A stretch of DNA of 64,000 bases, from contig JAYWIR010000028.1 of assembly GCA_036172245.1 (NCBI GenBank), positions 1,550,001 through 1,614,000 of the forward strand, read 5' to 3'. Positions 13,901 to 26,049 of this stretch are shown here, in pieces. The notes beneath the pieces are model-generated. The model saw only the letters and a list, made by a program, of their open reading frames with translations, made no database searches and was not told the origin of the DNA. A program made the position numbers and the translations under genes. This DNA comes from Raillietiella orientalis. Lineage: Eukaryota. Position 1 is the first letter of the stretch; each line of letters begins with the position of its first letter.

Positions 13901-16559
13901 ACAACAGCCAGAAAACTCGAATGGTAGGTGATCTGCGAGCACCTAAGGATGACAGATGCGAAACCTAAAGAATGATGGACTTCCTCCTTTCTTCAGCGTC
14001 AGTAGCTCTGGAAAAAAAAAAAAAAAAAACTCAGCGATCCTGATCACGCGCAAGCCGGCGCACGTGTCCTCCGAACCACCTCCTTGCAAGAGAGCGAAAT
14101 GAATCTCCCAAAGGTCCTCGAACCAACTGCCGCTGCATCCCGGAAGCGGAAAGGCGTGCTGAACTGACCAGACGGGAAGGAGGGACCGAAAGTTTCGGTC
14201 CGGAGTTCGAGAGGCGGCAGCAGCAGCAACTCTCGAGACCTCCCTACTTTCCCTCACCCCGTCCGTATACGGAGAAGCGGATGCATTTCAATCCATCCTG
14301 AGCGGACCCATAGGAGAACAAAAGACAGGAGAGATCGAAAGCTTCATCCACTACTTCGCCCGCATATCTCTTTTCTCTACAAGCTTTCGTCTGGTCTCAG
14401 TCGGCGGTGATTCCGCAATCACTTGGCAGGGAAACGGGATAACGGACCTGCTTTTTTTTTCTTCCGTGCGCACGTGCTCTTGGGATTATTTTTTTCCTTC
14501 CAGGCCACTCGGGTCACCTTCGCACTGGATCGTGGCGACGTTGGCCACAGACGCCGTGGCTCGATGGCTTTTCGAAATCCTGCGAAACGCTCCACGCGGA
14601 TCTCATTTTACTTCGAGCGTTCTCCTGGACGGGCGTCCTCTTGGCGGGGCTGGGACGCAGCTCCACTCAGGGACGACATCAGCTGATGCGGAGATGAAAA
14701 TGGAAAATCCGGCCTCGGTTTCAAAAATCTGCACCAGTCGTTTGGGACCCCGAAGGATGTTGGACGATTACTGCTGGGATCTCTCCTGAAAGGGCAGTTC
14801 CTCAGAGAGCTGAAGTCTCTTTCGCTAGAAGGTCGAACCACGTGGTTCCTGTGCTGTGGATGACATCAGCTACAGCAGCAGCACTGCGTACTTCAGTGGG
14901 ACGTGAGAACACAGTCTCACACAAAACACGACCACTTATGAGCAGGAGGAAGTCCCGCAACACTCACCACGGATGATCGAACACCACAAATGTAAAGTGA
15001 AGTAATGTAATGTAATGTAAAGAACACGTGCGTTCCTTTCGCCAAAAACGTCCTATCACTCGAGAGCCAAGTGCGAGCACATGGCTTCGACAAGACTCCG
15101 TCTTTTGCGGAGTGCAACGTGTTGAAAACATTCCGACTCAATGCATGCCAATGCGTTCTTCAATGTATCATTTCTTTATATGGTTTTTTTTTTTTTTTGG
15201 CATCACAGTCATTGCATGCAACGACTTTGGAGTGTCGAGAATTGAGGAGCACCAAGGCAGAAGTCTGCCAGCACAGAAGGAACGGCTTTTTCTATAGTCG
15301 AATTCGAGGCTTCCATATGAGGTGCTCATAAAGGTGAATGAATGCGAGTACGCACACATCGACACCTATCAGTGTTGCCATACACGCGCAGTACTTGGAA
15401 ATAACTTCCGACAGCGCAGCGAATAGCATGCAGTACATTCTTTTTTCAGAAAAAGATAAAATAAAATTGCAATTGAAGTGAGCTGAGAGGAATTTGCCAC
15501 TTTTTTCGTACTGAAGTGCACGAATGCGTGTTGGCCTGACGACACACACAATCGCATGGAGCAGATGATGGATGGATCTCCTTTGGGTTCGTGGATGCAG
15601 CCGTGGAAACTCTCCCGTGACCCCACGTTTCGATTTCGTGACCCTATGGAGTGGGAACGCCCTGTAAGGTACAAAAACGGCAGACACACTCGTGTACGGC
15701 AAACAAAGTACGGTTCCCCGATCTCCAGTACAATGCATAGTATTTCGCCATTCGGGTGAATTATCCGTCCACTGTTCAGGCGTGTTCCACGGGATGTGAC
15801 GCAGAAACTTGATGGGTGCCAAAAAAAAAAAAAAAAACTTTCTTTCAAATTATTATTATTGATAAGAATAAGGCACGATCAATCGTGAACAACAAAAAGC
15901 TGCGACGACATTGTGGTAGTGGTTTGGCGACTTTTCGGATACCAATGGTTTACGTTGGATACAGCTGCATTCCTCGATTTCCATGTCGAAGCATTTATTA
16001 ACAACTGAATTTTTTTTTTTTTTTTTATAACTTAAAGGACAAGAGAGCGCCTCCTGACGAGAAGCTTCGTCTATGCTTTGTAGATAAAGCTCTCCCCTGA
16101 GGATTCGCATACCCCCACTCTGTCCCATTAGCTGCATGGGGTTCTTCCCTACGAGGACAGAAATTCCAAGAAAGGCAAGCTGCCTAGTGAGGTTCTCTTC
16201 TCCAAGTTGCTCTGGGCAATTTGCTGTGACCAGGGTGACTTTAGTAGTCCGTGGAGTCCGCGGGGGACATTTTCACGTGCAACGGGATACCCGCATGCAA
16301 ATCGGGATCAAGAAAACATTCCAGTGACTTCCGAGAAACACAGCAGCAGGATTTTCATTCCGCTGCTTCTACGTGAATCCACGTGGAGGAGACGCTGCCG
16401 GCGGCAGGCGACGTGGCCGGGACCACGTGTGAACACATGACCACTGCGCCCTGAGGCACGACTGACGGTGGGCAAGAAGACGCACAGAGTTCTGCGACAA
16501 GAAGCCGAGCGCGAATAACAACACGGATGAAATGGGCTGTGCAGTCGGAGACGTACGGA

Positions 16560-17380
16560 CGTTGGAAATCCTTGGGTTCTTCTTTTTCTTCGGTCTTCGC
16601 TTTCTTTCTTTCTTTTTTTTAAGAGTTTTCTTTTTTTTGGGGGGGGTTCGCTAAGTACCTCAGAGCCGGTCGCGTGCCTCGCGGCGTCCGTGGCTCTTTT
16701 AAACACACCGTTTTGTTTCCACACCTCTCCCCTGCGACAACCTGCAGGGGGGGGGGGTGTAATTCTTCAGGATAGGGGGCACCCCGGGATGGGGGTCCGC
16801 CCTATGAATCCAGGAAGGGCTCGGAGTCCGTTCCTCTCACGCTTGGGCTTGGGTCTCACGCTCGCACCTCCCACCCTGGTTGTCTCCGAAGGGGAACCCC
16901 GAAGGGAATCTCCTTCCTCATTCTCTCCGGAGGGTCCCCCGGGAGGGGGTGGTCCTCTCCATTCCATCTTCTCCGGAGGGAACCCGCAAGGGAACCGCTC
17001 CTGTTCACTCCTCTGAAGAGAACCCCGAAGGGACGCTCCCGAAACTCAGAAGGGGCGCTGCAGCTTCCCGCAGGGGAATCGCTCTCGCTTGCTTCCTTGT
17101 GCACACTCTGTGAAGAGGCGACGACTTGGAGGGTCCCCCCCCACAACAGGGGGGGTCCGCTCCTTTGAACAACTGGAGAGGTGCCCGTGAGGGCTCCTGC
17201 TCCATCTTGAAACCGGAGGGGTTCCCCCGGTGGGGGGGGTCCGCTCTCCGTTGCACGACAGGAGAGGGAACTCCCCACTCCTTTATTCCTGAGAGGACCC
17301 GAAGGTGAACTCCCATCGTTCCGGCCTTCATCGGGGGGGCCTCCGGCTTAACGGAGCCTCCGACGCTGTGTTCTTCTCAT
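16560..17380 (-). mobile_element. Diverged copy of the same LINE 5' body and spacer
   Basis: The reverse complement shares blocks with 31200-31750 and 46050-46700, e.g. CCCAAGCGT(G/A)AGAGGAACGG, GAGCCCTTCCTGGATTCATA, GTACTTA(G/A)CGAACC plus A-rich tract, GAAGAA..CCAA(A)GGATTTCCA. Contains internal sub-repeats. Confidence 0.65.
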
Positions 17381-18303
17381 GTAGAAGAAACACACTGAAT
17401 GCTTCGTGACCTGAGACGGACAAAAAACGCTTCCCTTCCTTCGGGCAGCCGTGCACGTTGCAGAGAGGACCATAGGAACGGCCATTTTCTGCCTTGGGGA
17501 AAAAAGGAGTTTGCAGAACAGGGCCGTTACCTTTTTCCTCACGTTCCCCACCACTCTTCCGGCAATTTCTTCGCTGCAAAGACAAGGGGCACAGCCTGCT
17601 TATTCTTCGTATCCCTCCTTTCGTGTGTTTCGTATACAGACAATTCGCAACTCGTACTGCGTACATTCATGGGAAACACCATTCACAAAAAACGTGTGCT
17701 TTGGCGTAAATTTTTGGTGGGATCTCAAGCCAATCCAAATCGCGATTTTCATACGATGATATCAAATACAGTGAACACCCAGTCTAATTCGTGTTGGGCC
17801 CGCTTCCATCGGGGCAGGTCACGTGCGACCTTATGCGAGTTGGAAGTCACAAAGTAAACAAAAAGCAGCGCACGCTCAGGATGCACCCGAAACCATTTTC
17901 TGAGGACGCTGTCGATTCTTCGCGACGGCGAAGTTGTGCAACGGAAAGGAGGAGGAAAAAAACGCACTTCCTGCACACAACCTTGCAATGGACCACAGCT
18001 GAGACCACACGTGTTCCACGCGGAGCTTACACAACTCGATCAGAGATGGCACTTTGACTCGAGGCGTTCGACACGCTGACCACGCTGACTTGACCGTGAA
18101 TTTTGATCTGCAGGTGAGAAAACAACGATGATGGAAGGGTGAGCACAAGAGGGCATCGTATCGTGACAAGCAAACAAACAAACACACACACAAAAAATCT
18201 TAATCTACCAAACCTGTAGCAACGACCGAGTTGGGGAATTCACTTGGCAACACACTATCCACAACACCTGCAACACGGTCCGCTCCCAAACTTTGCACGC
18301 ACG

Positions 18304-18330
18304 CACACACACACACACACACGCGCGCGC
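18304..18330. repeat. (CA)n(CG)n microsatellite upstream of CREB
   Basis: Alternating purine-pyrimidine run. Confidence 0.9.
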
Positions 18331-18479
18331 ACACCGTACGTTTCAACCGGAGAGAAGGAACGGGAAGGAGAGGAGGAGGAAGAGCGGGCAAAAAACCGGC
18401 CCTTCCTGCAGCCTCCGACGCACTGGGCCCCCCCGCCCGTTATCTGCAGGCCATCGCCGCGCGGCGGGCGCATCCGCTC

Positions 18480-18790
18480 GCACATCACGGCGCGCACTGC
18501 GCATGCACGGTTTCCATCCGAAAGCGCGATTAAAAGATTCCTTTGACGACATTTTTGACGTGGCATATACGTAGTGTTGAAACTGTCCATTCGTAGTGCG
18601 TTGCATTTAATGACGAAATATACGTAATTGGTACGTAAAACATGAAATCCTAAAATATGGCTACTGTTTTCTGTGAAAGAGGTTGCTTAATGTATTTATT
18701 GTAAGAAATTGTATAAATAATGGATTTAAACGTTTTGTAAATTGTAACCAAGAAGGCGTCATGTTTCAAGGTCAGGCAGATGAATTCTAA
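18480..18790 (+). promoter_or_regulatory. Probable CREB promoter and non-coding first exon region
   Basis: Switch from CpG-rich to AT-rich DNA. NRF1/ewg-like TGCGCATGCA (18498), half-CREs TGACG (18544, 18556, 18611), candidate donors GTAAGA (18701) and AAG|GTCAGG (18771). The acceptor at 19196, just before the ATG, implies an upstream 5'UTR exon. Confidence 0.45.
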
Positions 18791-19211
18791 GCGATTACTA
18801 TATATGTAATCTGATATGTACCCAACATTGAAGTTATAATTTTTGAATCACACCCAAATTTCAACGTTTAAAGCCTCGTTTTGATTCAAATAATTAGCTT
18901 CTCCCGAAGGATTTAGTGCTGTTCAATGTGAAATTGTATAATGAAACAGCACATTTGGTTTTAATTACGGTGTAGCATACACAAGCTTTCAAAATTCCAG
19001 TTTTTCCTAATAATAATTAGTAAGTTTTCTTGTGACGTATTAACATCTCAGTACCTTGGTTTCGGAAAAGCCAGTATTATTAAATTACGATTCAATCAAA
19101 AATGTGTTATCGGACAATGTACAAGGTTCATGAATTCTTAAGAATGAATTTGAAATCCATGTGTAAGAAGTTTGCTAATGTGCGTGTATACTTCAGAACA
19201 CTTTTTCTTCA

Positions 19212-19388
19212 ATGGAAGGGATGGTAGAAGATGGAGATGGAAATGATCTTGGACCATCTGCCGATCATTTAGGAACTGGAAGTCCATCTAGGGAGACAAT
19301 AAATGTAACTGCAGATGGTTCACAAAATAGCACTCATCCTAGTCTTGTACATGTCTCTTTACCTTCCAGACGACTTAATGCTGTTCAG
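19212..19388 (+). CDS. CrebB: CREB coding exon 1
   Basis: ATG at 19212 follows acceptor TTCAG (19196) with branch-like GCTAAT (~19174); 59 codons ending CAG|GTTAAA. Confidence 0.85.
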
Positions 19389-20784
19389 GTTAAATCATGA
19401 AATAGATATTTACTTGAAATTATTTCATGCAGTCCTAATCACATTTTCTTTTTCTGTCACTTGCAAATTGTTCTTTGTTTCTTTACTTTTGATATGCTGC
19501 ATTAAGATTGCATTAAAAACGATTATTGAAAAGGAATTGTGTTGCTTATGTTTAAGCATTCATTCATTTGAAAACTGGATTGTTTGAAGAAAAGTTCCTT
19601 TTTTTCAAGTGACAGTACCTAATATCTGTTTTACTTGTCTCTTCAGAATGTACGGAGGTTGTCTGATAAGTTATATCATCACAAATTTACTCTTAGGTGC
19701 AATCAGTGATTCAGCCCACTCAGCAGTCAGTCATCCAGACAACTCCTGGTATTCAGACAGTGCAACTGACTACAGGCTTAAAAGGTCAGAATGTCATCTT
19801 ATTGAACAAAGGAGGGTCAGTTATTCATGCCACCACTGGTATTCAGGTAAAGAGTTAAAAATATGTGGACTGATGATAATGAATTCATAGGTTATGGAAG
19901 CCAATGGTGAAGAAGATTCCCTGGAAGATGATACGACAAGAAAGAGGAGAGAAGTTCTTGCTAGGAGGCCTTCATATAGAAAAATTCTTAATGATTTAGG
20001 AGGCACAGAAGTGACTGGTACAGAGCAAATGTTTCAAGCTCATTGATCTGTCTGCTTTCAGTTCAAAAGAATTCAGATTCTCCCCTTGCTTCAGAAAATA
20101 GTCAGGATTCAGAGACTGTCACAATTTCAACTACAGGGAACACTGTGGCCATAGGAGGGCAACATTATCAAACAACAGGTGGATTACTCAAAGGTATCCT
20201 TGAACTATACTTGAATTTCACACAGCTTTCTTCTAGTAATTCCTGCTAGTGCTATTCAGCTAACCTCAGGCAGTTCAGCAGCATCAGAAGGCATTCATAC
20301 TTTGGTTACAACAGGAAGTACTGGTGGTGCTATTGTTCAGTACACGCAAAGCCAGGAAGGTCAATTTTTTGTACCAGTAACGGTGGCCAGTGGTGAAATC
20401 CAGGGTTATCGTATTCAGACTGTTCCTACTACCACTTCTTTAGGCCAAGGTTTAGTGATGACTCAAGCTGAGCATATTGTAGAAGAAGCAGCTCGGAAAA
20501 GAGAGATTCGACTTATGAAAAATAGGTAATGAAACTCTGTTCAAATCAAATGAAATGGGACTTTTAGAGAGGCTGCTCGAGAATGTAGAAGAAAAAAGAA
20601 AGAGTATATTAAATGTCTAGAAAACCGTGTGGCTGTGCTGGAAAACCAGAATAAAGCACTCATTGATGAGCTGAAGGCACTCAAAGATCTGTACTGCAAT
20701 AGCCAGAAAGGTAGGCCCTCAAGTGCAAGATGGTCACCCAGTGAAGGCCCTGTGCAGGGGATATCAAATCCATGGCCCATCTAA
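19212..20784 (+). CDS. CrebB: cAMP response element-binding protein (CREB/CrebB family bZIP TF); join(19212..19388,19697..19846,19891..20017,20062..20193,20237..20525,20568..20784), 363 aa
   Basis: All five introns are GT..AG and keep frame (phases 0,0,1,1,2). The product has a Q1 region (VQSVIQPTQQSVIQT), the pKID with PKA site (RKRREVLARRPSYRKILNDLGG), Q2 (GGAIVQYTQSQEGQFFVP) and a canonical CREB bZIP (EEAARKREIRLMKNREAARECRRKKKEYIKCLENRVAVLENQNKALIDELKALKDLYC). N-terminal MEGMVED resembles arthropod CREBs. The extreme C-terminus is less certain. Confidence 0.95.
19697..19846 (+). CDS. CrebB: CREB coding exon 2 (Q1 domain)
   Basis: TCTTAG|GTG...CAG|GTAAAG; encodes VQSVIQPTQQSVIQTTPGIQTVQL... 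Confidence 0.92.
19891..20017 (+). CDS. CrebB: CREB coding exon 3 (pKID)
   Basis: CATAG|GTT...ACTG|GTACAG; encodes RRPSYRKILNDL. Confidence 0.95.
20062..20193 (+). CDS. CrebB: CREB coding exon 4
   Basis: TTTCAG|TT...AAAG|GTATCC; phase 1-1, open frame linking exons 3 and 5. Confidence 0.85.
20237..20525 (+). CDS. CrebB: CREB coding exon 5 (Q2 and start of basic region)
   Basis: TTCTAG|TA...AATAG|GTAATG; encodes IPASAIQL...AIVQY...EEAARKREIRLMKNR. Confidence 0.95.
20568..20784 (+). CDS. CrebB: CREB coding exon 6 (basic region and leucine zipper)
   Basis: TTTTAG|AGAGGCTGCT; encodes EAARECRRKKKEYIKCLENRVAVLENQNKALIDELKALKDLYC; TAA at 20782-20784. Confidence 0.9.
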
Positions 20785-21494
20785 TGCCTACCATATGACT
20801 GTGATCTGCTTGCAACATTGTGTTAACATCATGTTGAAAAGTACAACTCCAGGATGTAGTTGATGTCTTGGTCCTGCACTTCCCCCAGGATCCAGTTGCT
20901 AAATGATTAATGCCAGTCGCTAAACCATTATTGTTAATTATATTTACTCAGTGCATTGGTGCAGCATTAGCTACAAGCAATGCTTGAGGCAAGCAATAGA
21001 GGCGCTGGATGCCATTTATCTGGCATTCAGGCCGTCAAATTGGGTTTGCATCACAAGAAACTTGAAAGTGAGAAATCTGGTTCCTGTAGGTGTGGTTTCC
21101 TGCCCACAAAGACAAGTTCTGTTATTAGGAATACTTATCAGTGTTCCTTGCCTTCATTCCATATGCCTTATGTACCTGATTTATTCTCATGTCAGTTGCT
21201 GAAATTCAATGCATCATCCATAGTTTCATCTCTAGACATCAGTTTCACTGATTGATGTAAGCTGGTCAGCTGAAAGTATTCTACCACATGTATTTCTATA
21301 CAGTTTAATGCAAAAATTTACTGTGTGTGTCCAGATCTTTGGAAATGAGAATGGTGAAAAAGCACATTGCAAACAGTGAACCATAATGAAAAGCAAAATC
21401 AGATCAGCTGAAGAATTGCATTTCTCAAATGTTTTGTGTATTGCAAGAGTTACACAATTTTGTTTCTTCTTCCAAAGTATATATTTGTAATCGC

Positions 21495-21574
21495 ATTAAA
21501 GTTAGGTATTTTAACAAAACTTTGAAACTATAGGACAAAATGACTTAGAATAACTGAAAGTGAGAAATATTAAA
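21495..21574 (+). terminator. Candidate CREB polyadenylation signals (ATTAAA x2)
   Basis: ATTAAA at 21495-21500 and 21569-21574, followed by T-rich sequence, at the right edge of the CpG-depleted island. Confidence 0.35.
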
Positions 21575-21779
21575 TTTATTTCTTCTATTGACGTTGACTG
21601 TCAAGAGTTCATTCATTCACTTGAACACTGGTTCAATGCATGGTTGAAACCGTCTGCCAAGTGACTTTCAAAGGGCACAACCCGTGCAGATGCAACCGTT
21701 TCAGTGGGTAGCAAAGGATCCTATGAGGCCAACCCTATCAACCCTTGTTGATGGTAATTGGGGCAGGGCAAACATGCCA

Positions 21780-22100
21780 GTGTGAAAGCAGCTGGCAGAA
21801 GTTGCATGGGCTATTCTGACTGCATCGTGTCATTTTGACAAAAGCAACCATTTTCAAAGTGTCACGAAAGGAACCAATTTGGCACCACAGCATATACGAA
21901 TGGAGAAGCCCGTGTTCGGTGCCAAAGGAGTGTGAGCGTGTTTTTTCCCAGTCGATGCTGCGCCCACTTGGTGAGGCTTGGGTGGACGTCAGGTCACGAC
22001 CCGTATCCCCGAATCTTTTTCGTGCACGTGCGTGCACGGGAGGGAATCGATTCCCTATTGATTTTGTTTCCGCATCGAGAATCGGAAATCCGAGCGAAAC
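21780..22100 (-). mobile_element. Possible LINE RT C-terminal remnant
   Basis: SGRSIDWEKT resembles the SGL.IN..KT motif; single motif only. Confidence 0.25.
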
Positions 22101-23449
22101 ATCCGTCTTGCGACAGCGTCCACAACGCAAGCATCAAACAAACAGTGGGCGGAAAGATGGGTGTTGCGCATGCAGCGCAGGAGGCATCTCAAAAGATGAG
22201 CGAGGCGATCGGCTCATCTTCTGTGCACCGCGCAGCAATCCGCAGTGAAAGCACCCGCAAAAAGAGGCCATAAATCGCAACTCTTTCAGCGGATCTCGCT
22301 GCTGATCATGCAGAAGAAAGAGGTGGCCGTCTCAATTGTCTTGAGCGTGTGTGGTGTATCAAACTGTACCATCTAAGCAGGTGCCGATGATCTTAAGCAG
22401 GAAGCCTCTCGAGGGAGTCCATGGAGGATTTTTCAACCGTTTCATCTACGGTAATTCAATATGTGAGGTACTGAGGTGGAAAACAGATACAAACGCGCAA
22501 GGCGATATTTAACAACACGATGAAAACGTGTGTTTGGTTTCCCACGTAGATCGTTCTCGAATTTTGCATTATCTTGGAAGGCAAAAAAAAAAAGAAAGAA
22601 ATCGTGAAAATCGAGGGGGGGGGGGGGCTTGTCCAATCCGGCGATCTAGGTGATAGGGAAAGCCAAATGATCAGATTAATAAGGATATCAATGTAATGAG
22701 AATTCAGGAAGGAGATTTCAAAGCAGACAACGATCCCTCATGTTTTCCCTTGTTTGGAAATAGGGATGCAAATAGCACACTTGCTCTTTTATAGGTGGAA
22801 AGGTCGTCTCATACATATGGATGTCTGGAGAGAGACCCGGGAAGGATCGAACCAAGGAGGAAGATTCCCTGTAGCAATGAATTCTCGTCATCTTGAGCAT
22901 CATTGGTTTTGATTTCTGAAGGGCACATTTTCTACGGCACGTGTTGCACAAAGTGACACTGTGTGACGTGACGTGTGCATTTGGAGGAAAATTTTCTGGG
23001 CTTTGGGCAGCTGATTTACGATTGTTTGCAAGCTTTTGTCGGTATTAGGGAAGTCGGTTTCGATGGAGAAATCATAATGGGAAATTGGTCTTATTTTAAA
23101 GCGCCAAGTGTGGACTCTCGGCTCCTAAACACCGAGCGAACGTAACGAAATGCGCAGAATGTTCAAGGATGTTTTTTTTTTTTTTTTTTTTCCCACTTCT
23201 TAGCGCGGAATGATCTCAAACACCTTCATCTCTTTCTTGGGGACGCCCATCTGCAAAGGTTTCTGTGCTGTTGCCAAGCTGTGCGATTCCGATGAAGTGC
23301 ATAAAAATGAGAGCAAGAAGAGTCTTTCAGTTTTTCATTTTGCTTAACGAAAAGCAAAAAAAAAAATTCCGATGACAGACGTGTCCGTACGCACATAGGT
23401 TTCACGTGGCTGTTTTATTATCTTCGCATCTCCAGAGGGAGGCATTCAT

Positions 23450-23900
23450 CCCTATGAGGCTGCACGAGATGCCACATTTCTATGTAGAATGTGTTCTGCA
23501 TACATAAACGGCACAAATAGGAGGTGCACCTCAGGTATCGATGAAATGTAAAAACCACGGTCATCCTCAAAAGCGTGACCGCCAGATTCGATTTTCCAGG
23601 CATACTAAAGGTGCTTCTTGAAATATTACAACTACCATAATTCAGGCAAGCAAACCAGGAAGTTCGTGTTTGATGAAGGAGGCATCTGATGAATCGTGAA
23701 GGCATTTGCCCAATACCACTCCTCCGGCTAGCCATGAGCGTGAAGCTGGGATTAATTCCTCTCATCCTCCCGCCGTCCACAGGGTTGAGCTTCGTCACCA
23801 CATTATGCCAAGGACTACTCTCCTCTTTCAGCTTCCACGGCTGGAGGAAGGAAAGCTTCGGAACTCATCTTTTTCCCATGGGTTTTTCAGGTGTTTTTTT
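23450..23900 (+). mobile_element. Possible LINE RT/thumb remnant
   Basis: Weak SG...N..KT, F.FPGI (YLG-like) and LFQLPRLEEGKL (LP...GGLG-like) in the expected order. Confidence 0.25.
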
Positions 23901-26049
23901 TTTTGGTGATTTTCGCATCGAGAATGCTCTTGGAGTAAGAAGGTGTAAAGCACAGGGTGTACCACGTGCACGCAATGCTTAATAAAAAGGCATCCTGGAA
24001 ACATCATCATCTCCAGCAAGCGCGTCTCGATGATGCTTCAACTGTGCACGTCTTCAGGAGCCTCTGTCATCCTAGTGTCAAGACACCTAGCCCGGTGGTG
24101 GGCGTGGAGTGGGGCGTTCATAAATCCCGCATGAGATCTTCGTGCTCTTCCAAAGAGATTCAGCTTATTCTACAGGTGTGACGCAAGCCGCACCCGACAT
24201 CCGACCCTTTTTCTCCTAATTCCAAGCTGCATTCCCAAGGACTGCAACTGCAACTGCAAGGAATCCTGAAGGAAGCTGCAACTGTCGTGCATTCTCCCCC
24301 TTTTTTTTCCCGCTTTCCGCAGGGAAAAGTTCCCTCTCCTCCGCGAGGGATATCTCCTGGGATCGGATGTAAGAGGTTACCCAACGACCTGGAACTAGAG
24401 CAACCAAGAATCGACAGGAAACACGCGGCGGCGGCGGCGGAGACAAGGGCTTTCAGGAAGCATCCCGGCTGACAGGTACGTCCGCGTGCACGAGGAAGGG
24501 AGAAGTTTCTCTTGCAACTGCCGCAACAGTGGGGGAGAACTTGCCGAGGCAGTGCGGGAGGAAGATGAGGGAAAGAGGGGTAGGGACCGGAAGGGATGAA
24601 GCGACAGACACAAGGCCGCTAGCACTTGGGGTTGTCCGCGTGAGTCTTCCGAACGCGGCGTCCGTAGCCGGCAGCAGGGAGGACCCGTGGAGCTAAGTCA
24701 AACGAAAACCTCTTCCCCCTTTCGCGCGCACGGTGCGAGCGTGTGTAAGAGTGGGGTGCTGTCTCTGCTGCGTCTGACAACAAAAGAGGGGAAGAGCGAG
24801 AGATGATGGGCCGGTGCGCGTCCGAGATCTCCGTCTAGGGAAGAGGGAGCGGCTTCCTGACTCTCCAGGAAGGGTGCCGCTCTGTGACGAAAGCATTCGA
24901 GCCTCCCTGTGGCGGAGGCGCGTCGAAAGGGGAGACCAGGGGTGGAGGGCTCCTCCTGTGAGTCTTTCCCTGTACCTGCGTGGAGTTCTCAGTCTGAGCA
25001 CATGGTCCTTTTCCCTGGACGCGCGAGACGCCTGGAATTCTGCTTAGGGAAACAGCGCGGGACTTCCGGTGACTCCTTCCTCGCCTTCCTCCCTCTCCCT
25101 GGAGCAGGGATCCGCACTGGAGAGAAAGAAGGTGGAGAAAGAGGACTTCTCGGAAAACTTCCCCTCCGGCCGGCCACACTTCCTTTCTCTGTCCTGCCCT
25201 CCCTCCCTTCCTCCTGATTCTCGCGCCCGTCACGGCGACGCGAGAATCCAAGGGCGTTGCGCCATGCTCGTCTTCTGCGCGTAGGCAGAGTACCTCGTGA
25301 CGAGAGCGGTCTCACCTTCAGGTTGAGATCCGGGTATCCCCATTCCCCTTCTCAACTGTCTTCTCGTCGCACCGAATCGGAAGTGTTCGCTTCTCGGAGG
25401 GGAGTAAAAAAAGAAAAACAAATGGAAAAGGTAAACATCTTCTCTCTTCTCATCTTCAGAGAAACTTCTCTCGATCTCTTCATGATGCTGTAGGAATCCA
25501 AGACAGGCTATGAGCCACCCTTCTTCCTCGTTTCCCCTTCTTGTCTTCCTGAGATCTCTTCCCTGACCACCAGAACAAGACGAACTGCCAAGTTGCACTC
25601 TCAAGGGGTCTTGCGCTATCCGTGGCTGCCTCACACCGTTGCGAGAGAGGAGGAAGCGGAAAGAGCCTAGTTTCCGGGAACGGAACGGGAGCCTGGGAAC
25701 ACCGCCCACAGGGTGGGAACGAAACATTTCGCCTGGAAACGTGCACGCCTCCTGCGCACGGATGGCTATCCGAGATGGCTCATATCCGCTTCCTGCTGCC
25801 TCGAGGTGCGCCCAGAGCTCCTCCAAAAGAGTGGCCTGCAAGACTGCTGTTGTCTTTCTCTGAATGCTTCTTGGCCTCTCGAGCTCTTCGTCCACCAGGA
25901 TTGCTAGCTCGCTTTGGCCGCTTACCGGAGCCACCGCCCCATCGATCTCGCTGCGAATCCGCGGGCGGACTTCAGCTTCTCTTTAAGAGTCACTGAGTGG
26001 TCCGCGATGCTCACGTTGAAGACTCCGCAGCAGCCACGTTCACCATTGT

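Noticed and set aside
24323..24475. Exon-like segment with a good acceptor and CAG|GTACGT donor
   Set aside because: No recognisable peptide and no link to a gene. It could be a UTR exon but cannot be supported without transcripts.
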